A stretch of DNA of 32,000 nucleotides from Candidatus Kuenenia stuttgartensis (lineage in GTDB: Bacteria; Planctomycetota; Brocadiia; Brocadiales; Brocadiaceae). The stretch is from contig NZ_LT934425.1 of the NCBI RefSeq assembly GCF_900232105.1, positions 570,001 to 602,000 on the forward strand. The letters run 5' to 3'. The notes below the pieces were generated by a model. It was not told the origin of the DNA. It did no database searches and worked only from the letters and a program-made list of their open reading frames with translations. The position numbers were made by a program, and so were the translations under genes. Shown here piece by piece: positions 1 to 10,198 of this stretch; the first letter of the stretch is position 1; each line of letters begins with the position of its first letter.

Positions 1-423
1 CGTACCGTTAAGATAAACATTTTCTCTCCCGGTGAGTTCCGGATGAAATCCTGTTCCAACCTCAAGAAGGCTTGATATTCTGCCTTGAATTTCCGCTCTT
101 CCACCAGTCGGTTCGGTAATCTTAGAAAGTATTTTGAGAAGCGTTGATTTCCCCGCACCATTTAGTCCTATTATGCCAACAATTTCGCCCTGCCTGACTT
201 CAAAAGAAACATTCTTTACCGCCCAAATTATATCAGAACTGTCATTCTCACGGTTCAGGTCATTAAATCTGTAGAGGGAACGATATTTCCGGTAATTTTC
301 CAGAGGGCTTTTTATAAAGCTGAATATGCTCTTTGCAAAACTGTCGTGCATATTCTCTTTTAGCCCGATCCGATAACACTTACTGATATTTTCAACTTTT
401 ATTACTATGTTTTTGTCTTGCAT
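1..423 (-). CDS. ABC transporter ATP-binding protein, polysaccharide/O-antigen exporter type (Wzt/TagH-like). Only the N-terminal 141 aa are present; the C-terminus runs off the left edge of the window.
   Basis: Absent from the ORF track because it is open-ended. Minus-strand ATG at 423-421 is preceded by GAGGA. Translation [20 protein letters not shown]...[70 protein letters not shown] carries a Walker A (GLNGAGKST) in the context typical of Wzt/TagH ATPases. It starts 29 nt downstream of the ABC-2 permease gene. Confidence 0.85.
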   Translation of the reverse strand, partial: MQDKNIVIKVENISKCYRIGLKENMHDSFAKSIFSFIKSPLENYRKYRSLYRFNDLNRENDSSDIIWAVKNVSFEVRQGEIVGIIGLNGAGKSTLLKILSKITEPTGGRAEIQGRISSLLEVGTGFHPELTGRENVYLNGT

Positions 424-452
424 ATTATTCCTCATAAGCTGAAATAGCCAAA

Positions 453-1286
453 TCAAATTACATCTACAATAATTCTCTCCATACGTCTGAAGTAGTATGC
501 ACCGCTCAAAACCAGAAAAATGGCCGTGATTATTCCAGGCCATATGAATGGCCAGGGCAACGGCGTACCAAGCAGGCTCGCCCTGAAACCTTCGATCACG
601 CCTACTATAGGGTTAAAAGAATAAATAATACGATATTTTTCCGGAATGGTGGATGCTGAATAAACAATAGGCGCCGTATAGATCAGTAGTTGCAGCAGAA
701 AAGGTATTGCATGCTTAATATCACGAAACCTTATAGCAAGTGAAGAAAGCCAAAGTCCTATAGCCGCAGGAATTGATGCCATAAGGAGTATAAATAACGG
801 CACAAAAAGAAGATTGAGGGTAGCCGGAACATTATAATAAAACATAACTGCCAGTACAATTACTATGGATATTGCGAAGTCAATAAGTCTTGATAGTATT
901 GGCACAAGGGGGAATATCAGTCTTGGAATATAAACTTTACCCAGCATTTGCTGCCCTGACACCAGACTCTGACTGGATTCCTGCATCGCCTGTGACATAT
1001 ACGTCCAGGGAATAATTGCCACAGTTGAAAAGAGAAAATATGGTATACCCTCTGTTGACACGTTGGCAATTTTCCCAAATATGATGCTAAAAACAATAAT
1101 TTGCATGCCCGGTTTGAGTATGGCCCAGAATAATCCCAGAATTGTCTGAGCATACATAATCTTGATATCTCTCCAGGCAAGAAAATAAAACAGGTCTCTG
1201 TATTCAATAAATTCCTTCAGATTCAATATTTGCCAGCCCTTTTTCGGCTTAATAACAGTCAACTTGGTGTTGCTTGCGTTCAACAT
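453..1286 (-). CDS. ABC-2 type polysaccharide exporter permease (Wzm-like), 277 aa
   Basis: The ORF track gives 453..1370. I prefer the internal ATG at 1286 (MLNASNTK...), which has AAGGAG 10 nt upstream and overlaps the upstream stop by 7 nt (ATGTTGA). Multiple hydrophobic TM stretches are present, and [28 protein letters not shown] is typical of ABC-2/Wzm permeases. It is paired with the downstream ATPase. Confidence 0.85.
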   Translation of the reverse strand: MLNASNTKLTVIKPKKGWQILNLKEFIEYRDLFYFLAWRDIKIMYAQTILGLFWAILKPGMQIIVFSIIFGKIANVSTEGIPYFLFSTVAIIPWTYMSQAMQESSQSLVSGQQMLGKVYIPRLIFPLVPILSRLIDFAISIVIVLAVMFYYNVPATLNLLFVPLFILLMASIPAAIGLWLSSLAIRFRDIKHAIPFLLQLLIYTAPIVYSASTIPEKYRIIYSFNPIVGVIEGFRASLLGTPLPWPFIWPGIITAIFLVLSGAYYFRRMERIIVDVI

Positions 1287-2095
1287 ATCCCTTGATCTCC
1301 TTGATTCTCTTTTGCTAAGTTTACATATAAAGCCTTCATCAAATCTTCGGGTGTACCAATGTCCAGACAATTACCCTCTTTGAAAAGTACAGAATCAATC
1401 CGTATCTTATTCTCTATAGCGGCCTGAATAACATCTCCTACAAACAATTCTTTTTTATATCCTAAATTATCGCTCTCTTTTCTGCCTGATACATAATTAT
1501 GCATGTAATCTGTAAAAGCCGGTGTCCATACGGCAATCTGCCATGTATAAGTCAGTTGAGTATTTTCCGGTTTTATATGAAGCGCGCGAATCTGGCTATT
1601 AGTATCGAGTTCTACCATATCGTTTTTATGAGGACGATCAGTGGGAAAAAGCCCAAGCACTATGTCAGAACCTGTCTCTGCCTGTTTGTCAAGTACGCGC
1701 ACATATGCATTGTCCGGTTGAAATATTATATCAGGGAATCCTAAAGCAACGAGGGCATCCTGCACAAAGGGATATGCCTGATCCAATGTATAAGGTACTC
1801 CGTAAGGTAAACCCATCATCAAATATGCAAGGTGCATATCCAGCAATTTACCATCACCATAATAAGTGGGGATATCCCACTTCCCTTCACGTAATATAAT
1901 ATACGCCTTCGTGATGTTGGCCATTCGCATCTTCTCTAAAATATAATGACTGACAACTTTTGGACGCCGGGCATTATTATTTTCTACATAACGAAAGCCG
2001 ATAGGATACAATTCCTTGCTGCAGGGCAATGGGGAAATCCTGGAGGCTTTGCCACCAGCAGGTATAAGACCAACAATATCTCTTTTAGTTCTCAT
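1280..2095 (-). CDS. Sugar-phosphate nucleotidyltransferase (NTP_transferase family, RmlA-like fold), 271 aa
   Basis: The N-terminal GLIPAGGKASRISPLPCSKELYPIG matches the G-x-G-t-R-l...K-e-l-l-p signature of sugar-1-phosphate nucleotidyltransferases. Substrate is unknown. Confidence 0.75.
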   Translation of the reverse strand: MRTKRDIVGLIPAGGKASRISPLPCSKELYPIGFRYVENNNARRPKVVSHYILEKMRMANITKAYIILREGKWDIPTYYGDGKLLDMHLAYLMMGLPYGVPYTLDQAYPFVQDALVALGFPDIIFQPDNAYVRVLDKQAETGSDIVLGLFPTDRPHKNDMVELDTNSQIRALHIKPENTQLTYTWQIAVWTPAFTDYMHNYVSGRKESDNLGYKKELFVGDVIQAAIENKIRIDSVLFKEGNCLDIGTPEDLMKALYVNLAKENQGDQGIC

Positions 2096-2243
2096 CTATC
2101 GATTTTTTGATTCCTCTGGCCAGTCGTCCTTCCTGTTGTCACAATGTATCTGTAACCGGCCCTCTTTCATATATCTTTCAATGTTGTTATACTGGAATTT
2201 AATCGTCATGTCATTAATTGCCTTTTGAACGTCTGATCATATT

Positions 2244-3002
2244 TTATTTTTTTCTCCAGCACCCCAAATAGCTATCAAAATATTTTGGATCACTTGTAAT
2301 CTCATCAAAGGAACAATACTTTTTTGTCTGATGACTGGCAAATTTCTCATCAACAGATTCTAAATTATTACAAAAACCTCTGATCAACTCGAGATTGTAA
2401 ACTCTGCATCTGTTGAATAAAATGGTTGGCTCACTTCTGGCAATTAATGTGTTAAAGATCAAAAATCCGCCGGGTTTAAGTACCCTTTTCATCTCATTAA
2501 ATGCTTTGACATCGGCGTCTAAATCAAATTCGTCCCCATATCTTCCCAAACCAAAATGAGTAAATGCGCCCAAAGATATAACCGCATCAAATGATTTATC
2601 CGGTAAATCGAGTGATCGTGCATCACATGTTATAATTGTCTCATTTTTCAACATCGACTCTCTTTTACGGAAATCGATAGTCGTTACGTCGGAATGAGCC
2701 AACATTCCTATAATGAATAATCTCCATGAACCAATATCCAACACCTTTGACGGTTTTGTTTTGTATAAGTGATAGGCAGCAAAATCACAATGAACATTGC
2801 TGATAAACGTCGGATGTTCTCCGCCCTGATAACGGAAATCCTTTAAAACGCGAAAACCCCTGTTATTTCTCTTCACTTGTTCAAAGTCGCGATCACATTT
2901 TTCCATGGCTTCCCTTATTTCATTTCTTAACTTAAGAGGTTCTTTCTTATACTTGCTCAATCGGAGACCAAATAAGGATAAAACGTTGTTAACGGGATTC
3001 AT
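2244..3002 (-). CDS. Class I SAM-dependent methyltransferase, 252 aa
   Basis: Strong SD (AGGAGG) upstream of the ATG at 3002. Motif I is VLDIGS. Motifs II/III are FDAVISLGAFTHFG and LKPGGFLIF. Confidence 0.75.
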   Translation of the reverse strand: MNPVNNVLSLFGLRLSKYKKEPLKLRNEIREAMEKCDRDFEQVKRNNRGFRVLKDFRYQGGEHPTFISNVHCDFAAYHLYKTKPSKVLDIGSWRLFIIGMLAHSDVTTIDFRKRESMLKNETIITCDARSLDLPDKSFDAVISLGAFTHFGLGRYGDEFDLDADVKAFNEMKRVLKPGGFLIFNTLIARSEPTILFNRCRVYNLELIRGFCNNLESVDEKFASHQTKKYCSFDEITSDPKYFDSYLGCWRKK

Positions 3003-3242
3003 TGTATTACCTCCTTTTTCAATAATAGTTTGTAAAGTTTCTGAAAATATCCAATCTATCTACGGCTTATATTTTTACATTCTGGCAGGTGCCGGCATTC
3101 CCAATCATGCCGTAGCAGGTAAACCAGTCTGCTCCGTCTAAAACTTCTACTGCCTTCAAATTCCGCCTGGCAACTGTTATAACATCACAGACCGGACCGA
3201 CAAAGAGAGCCACGAAAACATTACTACAAATGTTAAACATGT

Positions 3243-4565
3243 CTATCGTGTTTCTTCACTCGCTACAATCAATCGGTTTTTTATAAGTGCATTGGCAGCA
3301 TCACTGACTAAGCAGAACTCCATGCCTGATTTTTCGGCTATGTCCAATAAGGTATGAGTACCATCTGAATAGTTCAGCACCCATAGAATTGCCATCTGAT
3401 CTATTATTTTATCGCTTTGCCCCCCTACTGAATCATAAAGCCCCCTTTTACCCAGTTGTGGTTCACACTTTGGATTAGTATTAAGATATGTCCTGTTATT
3501 CTCCAGGACATTTATAACTGAAAGATATTTCTTAAAAGAATCATAAAGATATTCAGGGCGAACAAAATCACAATTATCAGCAGAAGTGTGATATTCAGGA
3601 TACCTGCCATACGGTGTCCTTTGAAGGGACCCTACGGGTAAATTAAATCCGGGTGAACAAAACTGCCTCTCATCATAACCATACGGTGAAAAATTCATTA
3701 TATGATACTCATCACCAGAATGTTTCAGTACATGTTCAACTGCCCTGTCGATCTCGGCATTGCCGATTCGTGATCTTTTGTAAGTAGTTTTTCCGGGATC
3801 TCCTACGCATGAGACTACAAGTCCATGCTTAATTTTTGTTACACACCCTTCATTCATGGCCAGCCATGTGATAGCCCCGATTGTTGCCGGAATGATAATA
3901 ATTCTGATCGAATAATAATTGTTTATCGAACGAAGGTATTTCCCCAGCAGTGCGACTAATACCATCCCCGAAACGTTGTCATTGCAGAGAGAAGGATGAC
4001 ATGCATGGCATGATAATAAGATTTCCTTTGAAGTCTGTCCCTTCAGGTAACATTCGCCGTATGTTAAATGCCCCTCTTTCAGTTCAGAGTCGATATGTAC
4101 TTCATAATCGTCTTCTTCAAGCTGCATCATTTCATTGTAACTCATACAGAAGCCCCAATGTTCCTTGTAGTAAGACGTGCGATAGGGAATCCAGTCGGGA
4201 TGTTCGGGTAAGGTAATCAAATGCTGTTTTAATTCTGAAAGGGACACTGTTTTGTGTATAGGAACACTATAACCCACAACATGAAGATTTGACTTTTGAA
4301 AATCGATAACGCGTTTTCCTTTTGAATTTTTAACATATGCGTCCTTTATGTTCCATTCCTTAGGCACTTTCCAATCATAGACATCAGTCCCTGTTGGCAC
4401 CTCTACAACAGACAGAGATACGTAATCGTCAATAATGTTTAATGATTCCCTAAATCCTTTACCCGTAATACTCCGGCATATAGGATATAACCTCGCCATT
4501 AACCCGACCATTTCATTTTTTAGGTAATCTGAACTTAATGATTTCTCAAGGTCTGCAATATTCAT
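3243..4565 (-). CDS. DUF4910 / aminopeptidase-like domain protein of polysaccharide clusters (COG4310-like), 440 aa
   Basis: The N-terminal MARLYPICRSITGKGFRESL motif and overall length resemble the M28-peptidase-like proteins of unknown role found in polysaccharide loci. Assigned from memory of the family, not from a search. Confidence 0.6.
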   Translation of the reverse strand: MNIADLEKSLSSDYLKNEMVGLMARLYPICRSITGKGFRESLNIIDDYVSLSVVEVPTGTDVYDWKVPKEWNIKDAYVKNSKGKRVIDFQKSNLHVVGYSVPIHKTVSLSELKQHLITLPEHPDWIPYRTSYYKEHWGFCMSYNEMMQLEEDDYEVHIDSELKEGHLTYGECYLKGQTSKEILLSCHACHPSLCNDNVSGMVLVALLGKYLRSINNYYSIRIIIIPATIGAITWLAMNEGCVTKIKHGLVVSCVGDPGKTTYKRSRIGNAEIDRAVEHVLKHSGDEYHIMNFSPYGYDERQFCSPGFNLPVGSLQRTPYGRYPEYHTSADNCDFVRPEYLYDSFKKYLSVINVLENNRTYLNTNPKCEPQLGKRGLYDSVGGQSDKIIDQMAILWVLNYSDGTHTLLDIAEKSGMEFCLVSDAANALIKNRLIVASEETR

Positions 4566-4667
4566 ATTATCTGTCCCGATATGTACACAAGGCAGTCTCT
4601 GCTCACGTCATTCGCGATTCTCATTACCCTGCCCTGGATGATTGTATAGAAGATTAATGTCATAATT

Positions 4668-5906
4668 CTATTCATAGACCTTTACTTCGGGAATAAATAC
4701 GACAAATTTACCACCCCACTCCCGTATATATGACATCTGGGACATTATTTCATCCTTAATGTTCCATGGTAGAATTACTAAATAATCAGGTTTGGTTTTC
4801 TTTACTTCTTCCGGTAAAGTAATTGGAATATGAACACCCGGTAAATAATGTCCCTGCTTGTGAGGACTCCGGTCAACGGCATAGTCAATAAAGTCCGTCC
4901 TGATACCGCAATAATTTAAGAGAGTGTTTCCTTTGGCGGGTGCGCCATAAGCGGCGATTGACTTGCCGGCCCTTTTTTCTCTGACCAGAAAATCGAGTAT
5001 CTTTCTCTTTGTTTCTTTTACACTCTCACTGAACGTAACATAATGTTCTAACGTATTAAGCCCTTCTTTAATTTCTTTACTGATAAGCGCATTGACTTTA
5101 TTTGAAATATTCCTGGACTTATCTTCTTTGTGGCAAGCATAAATTCTCAGTGAGCCTCCATGTGTTTTTACCTCATCAACGTCAAAAACTGTCAGTGCGT
5201 GAAACTCAAACACGTCTCTTACTGTCTTGAATGAAAAATATGAAAAATGTTCATGATAAATTGTATCAAACAGGTTTTTCTCAATTAAGCGCATTATATG
5301 AGGAAATTCCATGGTAATAATTCCCTCCGGCTTTAGTGCAACTTTTAATCCTTTAACAAAGTCATTAAGGTCTGGAACATGCGCCAATACATTATTGCCA
5401 ATCAGCAGGTCTCCCTGAATCCCTTCTGCAGAGAGTTCTGACGCTGTCCTGGCACCAAAGAACTTAGATATAGTTTTTATTCCATTTTCGATTGCAGCCC
5501 TTGCCACATTTTCTGCAGGTTCAATACCTAAAACAGGAACTCCCTTTTCTTTAAAATACCGGAGAAGATATCCATCATTGCTGGCGATCTCTATAACCTG
5601 ACTCCGGGAGCTAAAGCCGAATCTTTCTATCATCATTTGGACATATTCTTTTGCGTGTTGTAGCATTGAATCAGAAAAAGAGGAAAAATAAGCATAATCA
5701 CTAAAGATACTCTCCGGTGATTCAAATTCAATAAGCTGTACCAGAAAGCATTTATTGCAAATATACGTATGAAGTGGATAAAAAGGCTCCATCTTATTAA
5801 GTTGAACATCTTTTATGTATGAGTTAGCCAGAGGCGACATACCTAAATCAACAAACGTGTACTTTAAAGAGGCATCACAAAAACGACATCTGTTAGCAAT
5901 ATTCAT
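4668..5906 (-). CDS. NDP-hexose C-methyltransferase-family enzyme (zinc-ribbon N-domain, class I SAM MTase, C-methyltransferase C-terminal domain), 412 aa
   Basis: CRFCDASL...CNKCFLVQL is a four-Cys zinc ribbon. VIEIASNDGYLLRYF is the SAM motif. C-terminal AAYGAPAKGNTLLNYCGI...DRSPHKQGHYLPGVHIPI...KPDYLVILPWN is typical of the TylC3/TcaB9-type family. Confidence 0.75.
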   Translation of the reverse strand: MNIANRCRFCDASLKYTFVDLGMSPLANSYIKDVQLNKMEPFYPLHTYICNKCFLVQLIEFESPESIFSDYAYFSSFSDSMLQHAKEYVQMMIERFGFSSRSQVIEIASNDGYLLRYFKEKGVPVLGIEPAENVARAAIENGIKTISKFFGARTASELSAEGIQGDLLIGNNVLAHVPDLNDFVKGLKVALKPEGIITMEFPHIMRLIEKNLFDTIYHEHFSYFSFKTVRDVFEFHALTVFDVDEVKTHGGSLRIYACHKEDKSRNISNKVNALISKEIKEGLNTLEHYVTFSESVKETKRKILDFLVREKRAGKSIAAYGAPAKGNTLLNYCGIRTDFIDYAVDRSPHKQGHYLPGVHIPITLPEEVKKTKPDYLVILPWNIKDEIMSQMSYIREWGGKFVVFIPEVKVYE

Positions 5907-5955
5907 TTAATCAACTCCGCATTAAAATTTTCAACATTATTGTACTAATGCCTTA

Positions 5956-6876
5956 CTATACAGGGCATTTAACAGGAACAAATGTCAACCCTACAAAAGG
6001 ATGAGAAGATAAACCTCTGACAATTTGAAAATATTGGTTTTGAAGTCTAACAAGGATATCTGATTTTTTATTAAGCGGCAGCCCCTCTATTGATTTAACC
6101 AAAGTTATTTCAGCAAGTGTCCCGCAGAGAGCAATCTCATCTGCAACAAGAAGTTCAGTACGGTCAATCGGACGGCGAACAAACTTAATGCCCTCAGAGT
6201 GTGCTATAGCTTCAACAATATCTATTGTTATACTTTCCAGCGCTCCTTCCGTGGCATGCGGAGTATAAATAACTCCTTCACGAACAATGAGAACACAGGA
6301 AGTTGTTGCTTCAGCGACGCGTCCCCACTGATTAAGAAGCACCATATCCTGACAACCCAGCGCCTTACCCTCAATCCTTGCGAGACGAGCAACCTGGTAA
6401 TTTGTACTTGTCTTAATTCTTGCCGGAAGTGAGACATCAGAACTTCTTTGCCACGTGCTCACACCAAGATTAATCGGTTCGGGGATACGCTTATCCATGT
6501 GATAAGCAGTTACAGCCAGGTCAGCAACAGTGTTTTCCCCCCAATACCCTTCGGTAACAAAGAGGGTAGTACGTGCCCACATATCACGGTCAGGACCCAG
6601 CAGCTCTCCGAGCAACTCATAAATCGCGCTACAGTACTCTTCATATGTGTGGTTAAATGGAATATGCAATAATCTGGCAGACCGGCATAGCCGTTCATAA
6701 TGGTGACTAAGCCGTACAACTCCAAAACGTCCATCATTCTGCCAATATCCCTTAATCCCTTCAAATACATTGAGACCACGATTCACAGCCTCACATCCGA
6801 TGTGAAGCGAGGCTTCATCCCATAACCGAAGCTTTCCGCCCATATAAACAAACTTCGGTTGTTGCAGTTTTACCAT
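5956..6876 (-). CDS. Aminotransferase class IV (branched-chain amino acid / D-amino acid aminotransferase fold), 306 aa
   Basis: The track ORF extends to 6918. The ATG at 6876 (MVKLQQPKFVYMGGKLRLWDEASLHI...) has AGGAGG just upstream and matches the canonical class IV N-terminus (..W.dG.l..w.eA.vh...GvFEGi+.Y). Confidence 0.8.
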   Translation of the reverse strand: MVKLQQPKFVYMGGKLRLWDEASLHIGCEAVNRGLNVFEGIKGYWQNDGRFGVVRLSHHYERLCRSARLLHIPFNHTYEEYCSAIYELLGELLGPDRDMWARTTLFVTEGYWGENTVADLAVTAYHMDKRIPEPINLGVSTWQRSSDVSLPARIKTSTNYQVARLARIEGKALGCQDMVLLNQWGRVAEATTSCVLIVREGVIYTPHATEGALESITIDIVEAIAHSEGIKFVRRPIDRTELLVADEIALCGTLAEITLVKSIEGLPLNKKSDILVRLQNQYFQIVRGLSSHPFVGLTFVPVKCPV

Positions 6877-6935
6877 TTTTGCCTCCTGATGATTATGTTT
6901 TAAATATGTTGAATACAATCATTATAATTCCCGGC

Positions 6936-8273
6936 TTAGAGGCCTATTCCCTCATATCTTTTAATGAGATGCTTTTTCAACATCCTGCGGCCGTCTATAA
7001 TCAGAGGCTGCTTTTCGCACTTTCCGATAATCTGATGGAGATTCTCGAACTCATCCCAACGGGTAAGCACCAGGATCGCTTCAGCTCCATGAATTGTTTG
7101 ATTAAGATCATCACAAAAAACAATATTCTTATCTTTAAAGAGTTTCATCGCTTCTTTCTTCGCAACAGAATCATAAGCCCTAATATTCGTATTCCTGGCT
7201 ATAAGTTCTGTAACAATGGGGATTGCCGGAGACTCTCTCATATCGTCAGTTCCCGGTTTAAAAGACATCCCCAGTACTGCAATCCTAACTCCTTCCAAAG
7301 ATGGAAAGTGCTTTTCAAGCATATGAATAATCTGCCGGGGTTGCTGCTCATTGATCTTCATCACCGCTTCCAGAAGCCACATTGGCTTGCCCAGTTTTTT
7401 CCCATAGGCATTTAACGCATTTACATCTTTCGGGAAACAACTCCCGCCGAAACCACAGCCGGCCTGAAGATATGTAGTAAACGCCGGAGTAATACGTTTC
7501 CCATTGTCCATGATAGGACTCAGTCGTTTATCCAGATGCAACCCACGCATGACATCAACAACATCAGTTCCACCAATTGCCGCACACAGATTCCCAATTT
7601 CATTTGAGAAGGAAATCATGGTAGCCAGCAGGGAATTAGAGGTGTACTTAATCATTTCTGCCGTTTTGTTATTTGTCCTCAGCATGTCAATATTATCGAA
7701 TACGCTATACATTTTTTCTAGTACACCAATACTTTTATCATCCATTCCGCCCATAACTATTCGGTCCGGGAACATAAAATCCTCGATCGCCTCTCCCTCT
7801 CTGAGAAACTCCGGGTTCATTCCAACACCAAAGTCTTTGCCGGCTTTCTTTCCAGAGGCATGTTCAAGGATGGGAAGAACAACGTCATCAGTTGTTCCAG
7901 GGACAACTGTACTCTTGACAACAACTACGTGATACGAGGATTTATCCCTCATGGCCATCCCAATCTGACGAGAAGCCTCTTTCACGTAATGCAAATCAAT
8001 TTCTGTCCCGTCAAATGGAGTCCCAACCGCTATGAGTGATAAATCTGTTTCCAGGACAGATTGATAAAGGTCTGTTGTTGCCCTGAAATTTGCATTGATG
8101 TTTTTCTTTAGTAATGCTTCCAGGTTTTTCTCGTATATGGGAGGAATCGCCTTATTAATCTTTTCTACCTTCATTTGATCCACGTCAACGCAAATAACCT
8201 GATGCCCTTTTTCGGCCAGGCATATGCCGGAAACCAATCCAACATATCCGGTACCAATGATAGAAATTTTCAT
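6936..8273 (-). CDS. ugd: UDP-glucose 6-dehydrogenase (nucleotide-sugar dehydrogenase family), 445 aa
   Basis: MKISIIGTGYVGLVSGICLAEKGHQV is the Rossmann motif. PPIYEKNLEALL and the catalytic GFGGSCFPKDV motif are present. The ATG overlaps the upstream stop (TAATG). Confidence 0.85.
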   Translation of the reverse strand: MKISIIGTGYVGLVSGICLAEKGHQVICVDVDQMKVEKINKAIPPIYEKNLEALLKKNINANFRATTDLYQSVLETDLSLIAVGTPFDGTEIDLHYVKEASRQIGMAMRDKSSYHVVVVKSTVVPGTTDDVVLPILEHASGKKAGKDFGVGMNPEFLREGEAIEDFMFPDRIVMGGMDDKSIGVLEKMYSVFDNIDMLRTNNKTAEMIKYTSNSLLATMISFSNEIGNLCAAIGGTDVVDVMRGLHLDKRLSPIMDNGKRITPAFTTYLQAGCGFGGSCFPKDVNALNAYGKKLGKPMWLLEAVMKINEQQPRQIIHMLEKHFPSLEGVRIAVLGMSFKPGTDDMRESPAIPIVTELIARNTNIRAYDSVAKKEAMKLFKDKNIVFCDDLNQTIHGAEAILVLTRWDEFENLHQIIGKCEKQPLIIDGRRMLKKHLIKRYEGIGL

Positions 8274-9421
8274 TATGCTTCCTCCGCTTCGCGATTATCG
8301 TTATACCAGATCAATGTCCTTTTCAAACCTTCATCTAAAGATACGCCCGGAGCGTATCCTAATTCCTTTCTGGCTTTTGTTATTACAGGACAGCGTCGGT
8401 TGGGGTTATGAGTCAGGTAGTCTTTATCGGTGCTTACTTTATAAACAACTTTGCCTTTATAATTAAAAAGTGCTTTAGAAAGAGACACCACTTTTTCTGC
8501 AAGCTCTGCTACGGAAATCTCCGGTTCTTCTTTTCCTATGTTATATGATTCCCCGTTCTTTCCATTAGTAAGAACCTTATAGTAACCGGTTATCGAATCT
8601 GCAATATAACAAAAGGTTCTGGTTGCTGACCCATCAGAAAGAAGTACAATATCTCTCCCTGTAAATACATCTCTCGCAAAATCAGGAAGCGCTCTTTTAT
8701 CGGTAATCTTCAACCCGGGACCATAATTGTTAAACGGTCTGGCAATTTTTATGGGGAGATTGTACTTTATGGCATAATTGACACAGAGTGTTTCTCCGTA
8801 TCGTTTTGATTCATCATAACATGCCCGGGGGCCAGTGCATGATACATGGCCAAAATATGTTTCAGGTGTAGGGATATTTTCAGGTGTCGGATCCCCGTAT
8901 ATTTCACTGCTAGAAAAAAATAAAAAACCCTCTACCGGTTTATTCTTTTCTTTTTGCCTGAGACAGTAATCCAGTAAATTACGCAATCCATTTACATTAG
9001 CATCCATAGTTTCTATTGGATACATTCTGTAAAAAGAAGGTGATGCAATAGACGCAGCGTGAATAACAAAATGAAAATCATCCATATCAACCGGGAGTGG
9101 ATGTGTAATATCATGCCTGATTAATTTTATATTCTCATTGTTTTTCTCTATAGTCGTAAGCCAGTGAGGTACACCACGGATAAAATTATCGTATACTGTT
9201 ACATTAATCTGCCTGGTTTTATCCACCTTTGTATTCCAATGTAAAAGAGCCTGTACCAGGTAATAACCAAGAAAGCCGGCTCCTCCGGTTATTAAGACTT
9301 TTTTCCCTGATAAATGTGCAAATTCTTTATTTAAGTTGTAACAGATTAATTCCAGATCCTTATTAATAATGTCCAGAGAATTTTCCATAATAGTTTTATT
9401 ATCAGTTCCTGATATATTCAT
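8273..9421 (-). CDS. Extended SDR NAD-dependent epimerase/dehydratase, UDP-glucuronate decarboxylase (UXS/ArnA-C)-like, 382 aa
   Basis: KKVLITGGAGFLGYYLV, SSSEIYGDP, GPRACYDESKRYGE and ARPFNNYGPG parallel UXS motifs (STSEVYGDP, PRSCYDEGKR, IFNTYGP). It lies directly upstream of ugd. The start could alternatively be the internal MENSLD. Confidence 0.75.
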   Translation of the reverse strand: MNISGTDNKTIMENSLDIINKDLELICYNLNKEFAHLSGKKVLITGGAGFLGYYLVQALLHWNTKVDKTRQINVTVYDNFIRGVPHWLTTIEKNNENIKLIRHDITHPLPVDMDDFHFVIHAASIASPSFYRMYPIETMDANVNGLRNLLDYCLRQKEKNKPVEGFLFFSSSEIYGDPTPENIPTPETYFGHVSCTGPRACYDESKRYGETLCVNYAIKYNLPIKIARPFNNYGPGLKITDKRALPDFARDVFTGRDIVLLSDGSATRTFCYIADSITGYYKVLTNGKNGESYNIGKEEPEISVAELAEKVVSLSKALFNYKGKVVYKVSTDKDYLTHNPNRRCPVITKARKELGYAPGVSLDEGLKRTLIWYNDNREAEEA

Positions 9422-9424
9422 CCA

Positions 9425-10198
9425 TTACCATACCTTCCAGGGCGCTTTACCCGATTTCCATAATTCCTCAAGCTCATACTTATCACGCAGATTATCCATC
9501 GCATGCCAAAAACCACTGTACCTGTATGCCGAAATAGCACCGTCACGGGCAAGATTCTGCATGGGATCCTGTTCCCAAACCGTTGAGTCGCCGGATATAT
9601 AATCAATAACACCAGGCTCCATTACAAAGAAACCCGCGTTTATCCATGCGCCGTCACCGTCCGGCTTTTCTTTAAAACTCGAAATCCTGGATTCTTCTTC
9701 ATTTATTTTTATGACCCCAAATCTGCCGGGCGGCTGCACAGCGGTAAGAGTTGATAGTGAATTCTGCTTCCTGTGAAATTCTATCAGCTCTCTGATATTG
9801 ATGTCCGAAACTCCATCACCATAGGTCAGACAGAATGTTTCTTTGCCCACATAGTCTTTGATCCTTTTTATCCTGCCTCCGGTCATTGTTTTTTCGCCTG
9901 TATCAACCAGCGTGACCTTCCACGGTTCCACGCCATTATTATGAACCTCTATCCTGTTATTTTTCAGGTCATATGTAACGTCAGACATATATAAAAAATA
10001 ATTTGAAAAATATTCCTTGATAACATGTCCCTTGTAACCAAGACAGATAATGAAATCATTCAATCCATAGGCAGAATAGATTTTCATAATATGCCAGAGA
10101 ATAGGCTTCCCGCCGATCTCCACCATTGGCTTAGGACGTATTGTACTCTCTTCTGATATGCGCGTGCCATAGCCTCCGGCAAGTATCACAGTTTTCAC
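9425..10198 (-). CDS. rfbF: Glucose-1-phosphate cytidylyltransferase, 257 aa
   Basis: The track ORF starts at a GTG at 10207. The second GTG at 10198 gives [40 protein letters not shown], the canonical RfbF N-terminus and length, with AAGGGA 9 nt upstream. Confidence 0.9.
   Translation of the reverse strand: MKTVILAGGYGTRISEESTIRPKPMVEIGGKPILWHIMKIYSAYGLNDFIICLGYKGHVIKEYFSNYFLYMSDVTYDLKNNRIEVHNNGVEPWKVTLVDTGEKTMTGGRIKRIKDYVGKETFCLTYGDGVSDINIRELIEFHRKQNSLSTLTAVQPPGRFGVIKINEEESRISSFKEKPDGDGAWINAGFFVMEPGVIDYISGDSTVWEQDPMQNLARDGAISAYRYSGFWHAMDNLRDKYELEELWKSGKAPWKVW

Noticed and set aside
917-1207. 96-aa minus-strand ORF nested in the permease gene
   Set aside because: It is an out-of-frame overlap within a well-supported ABC-2 permease CDS.
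6879-7932. Plus-strand ORFs of 178 aa (6879..7415) and 142 aa (7504..7932)
   Set aside because: Both are antisense to the strongly supported ugd gene and have no motifs or RBS.
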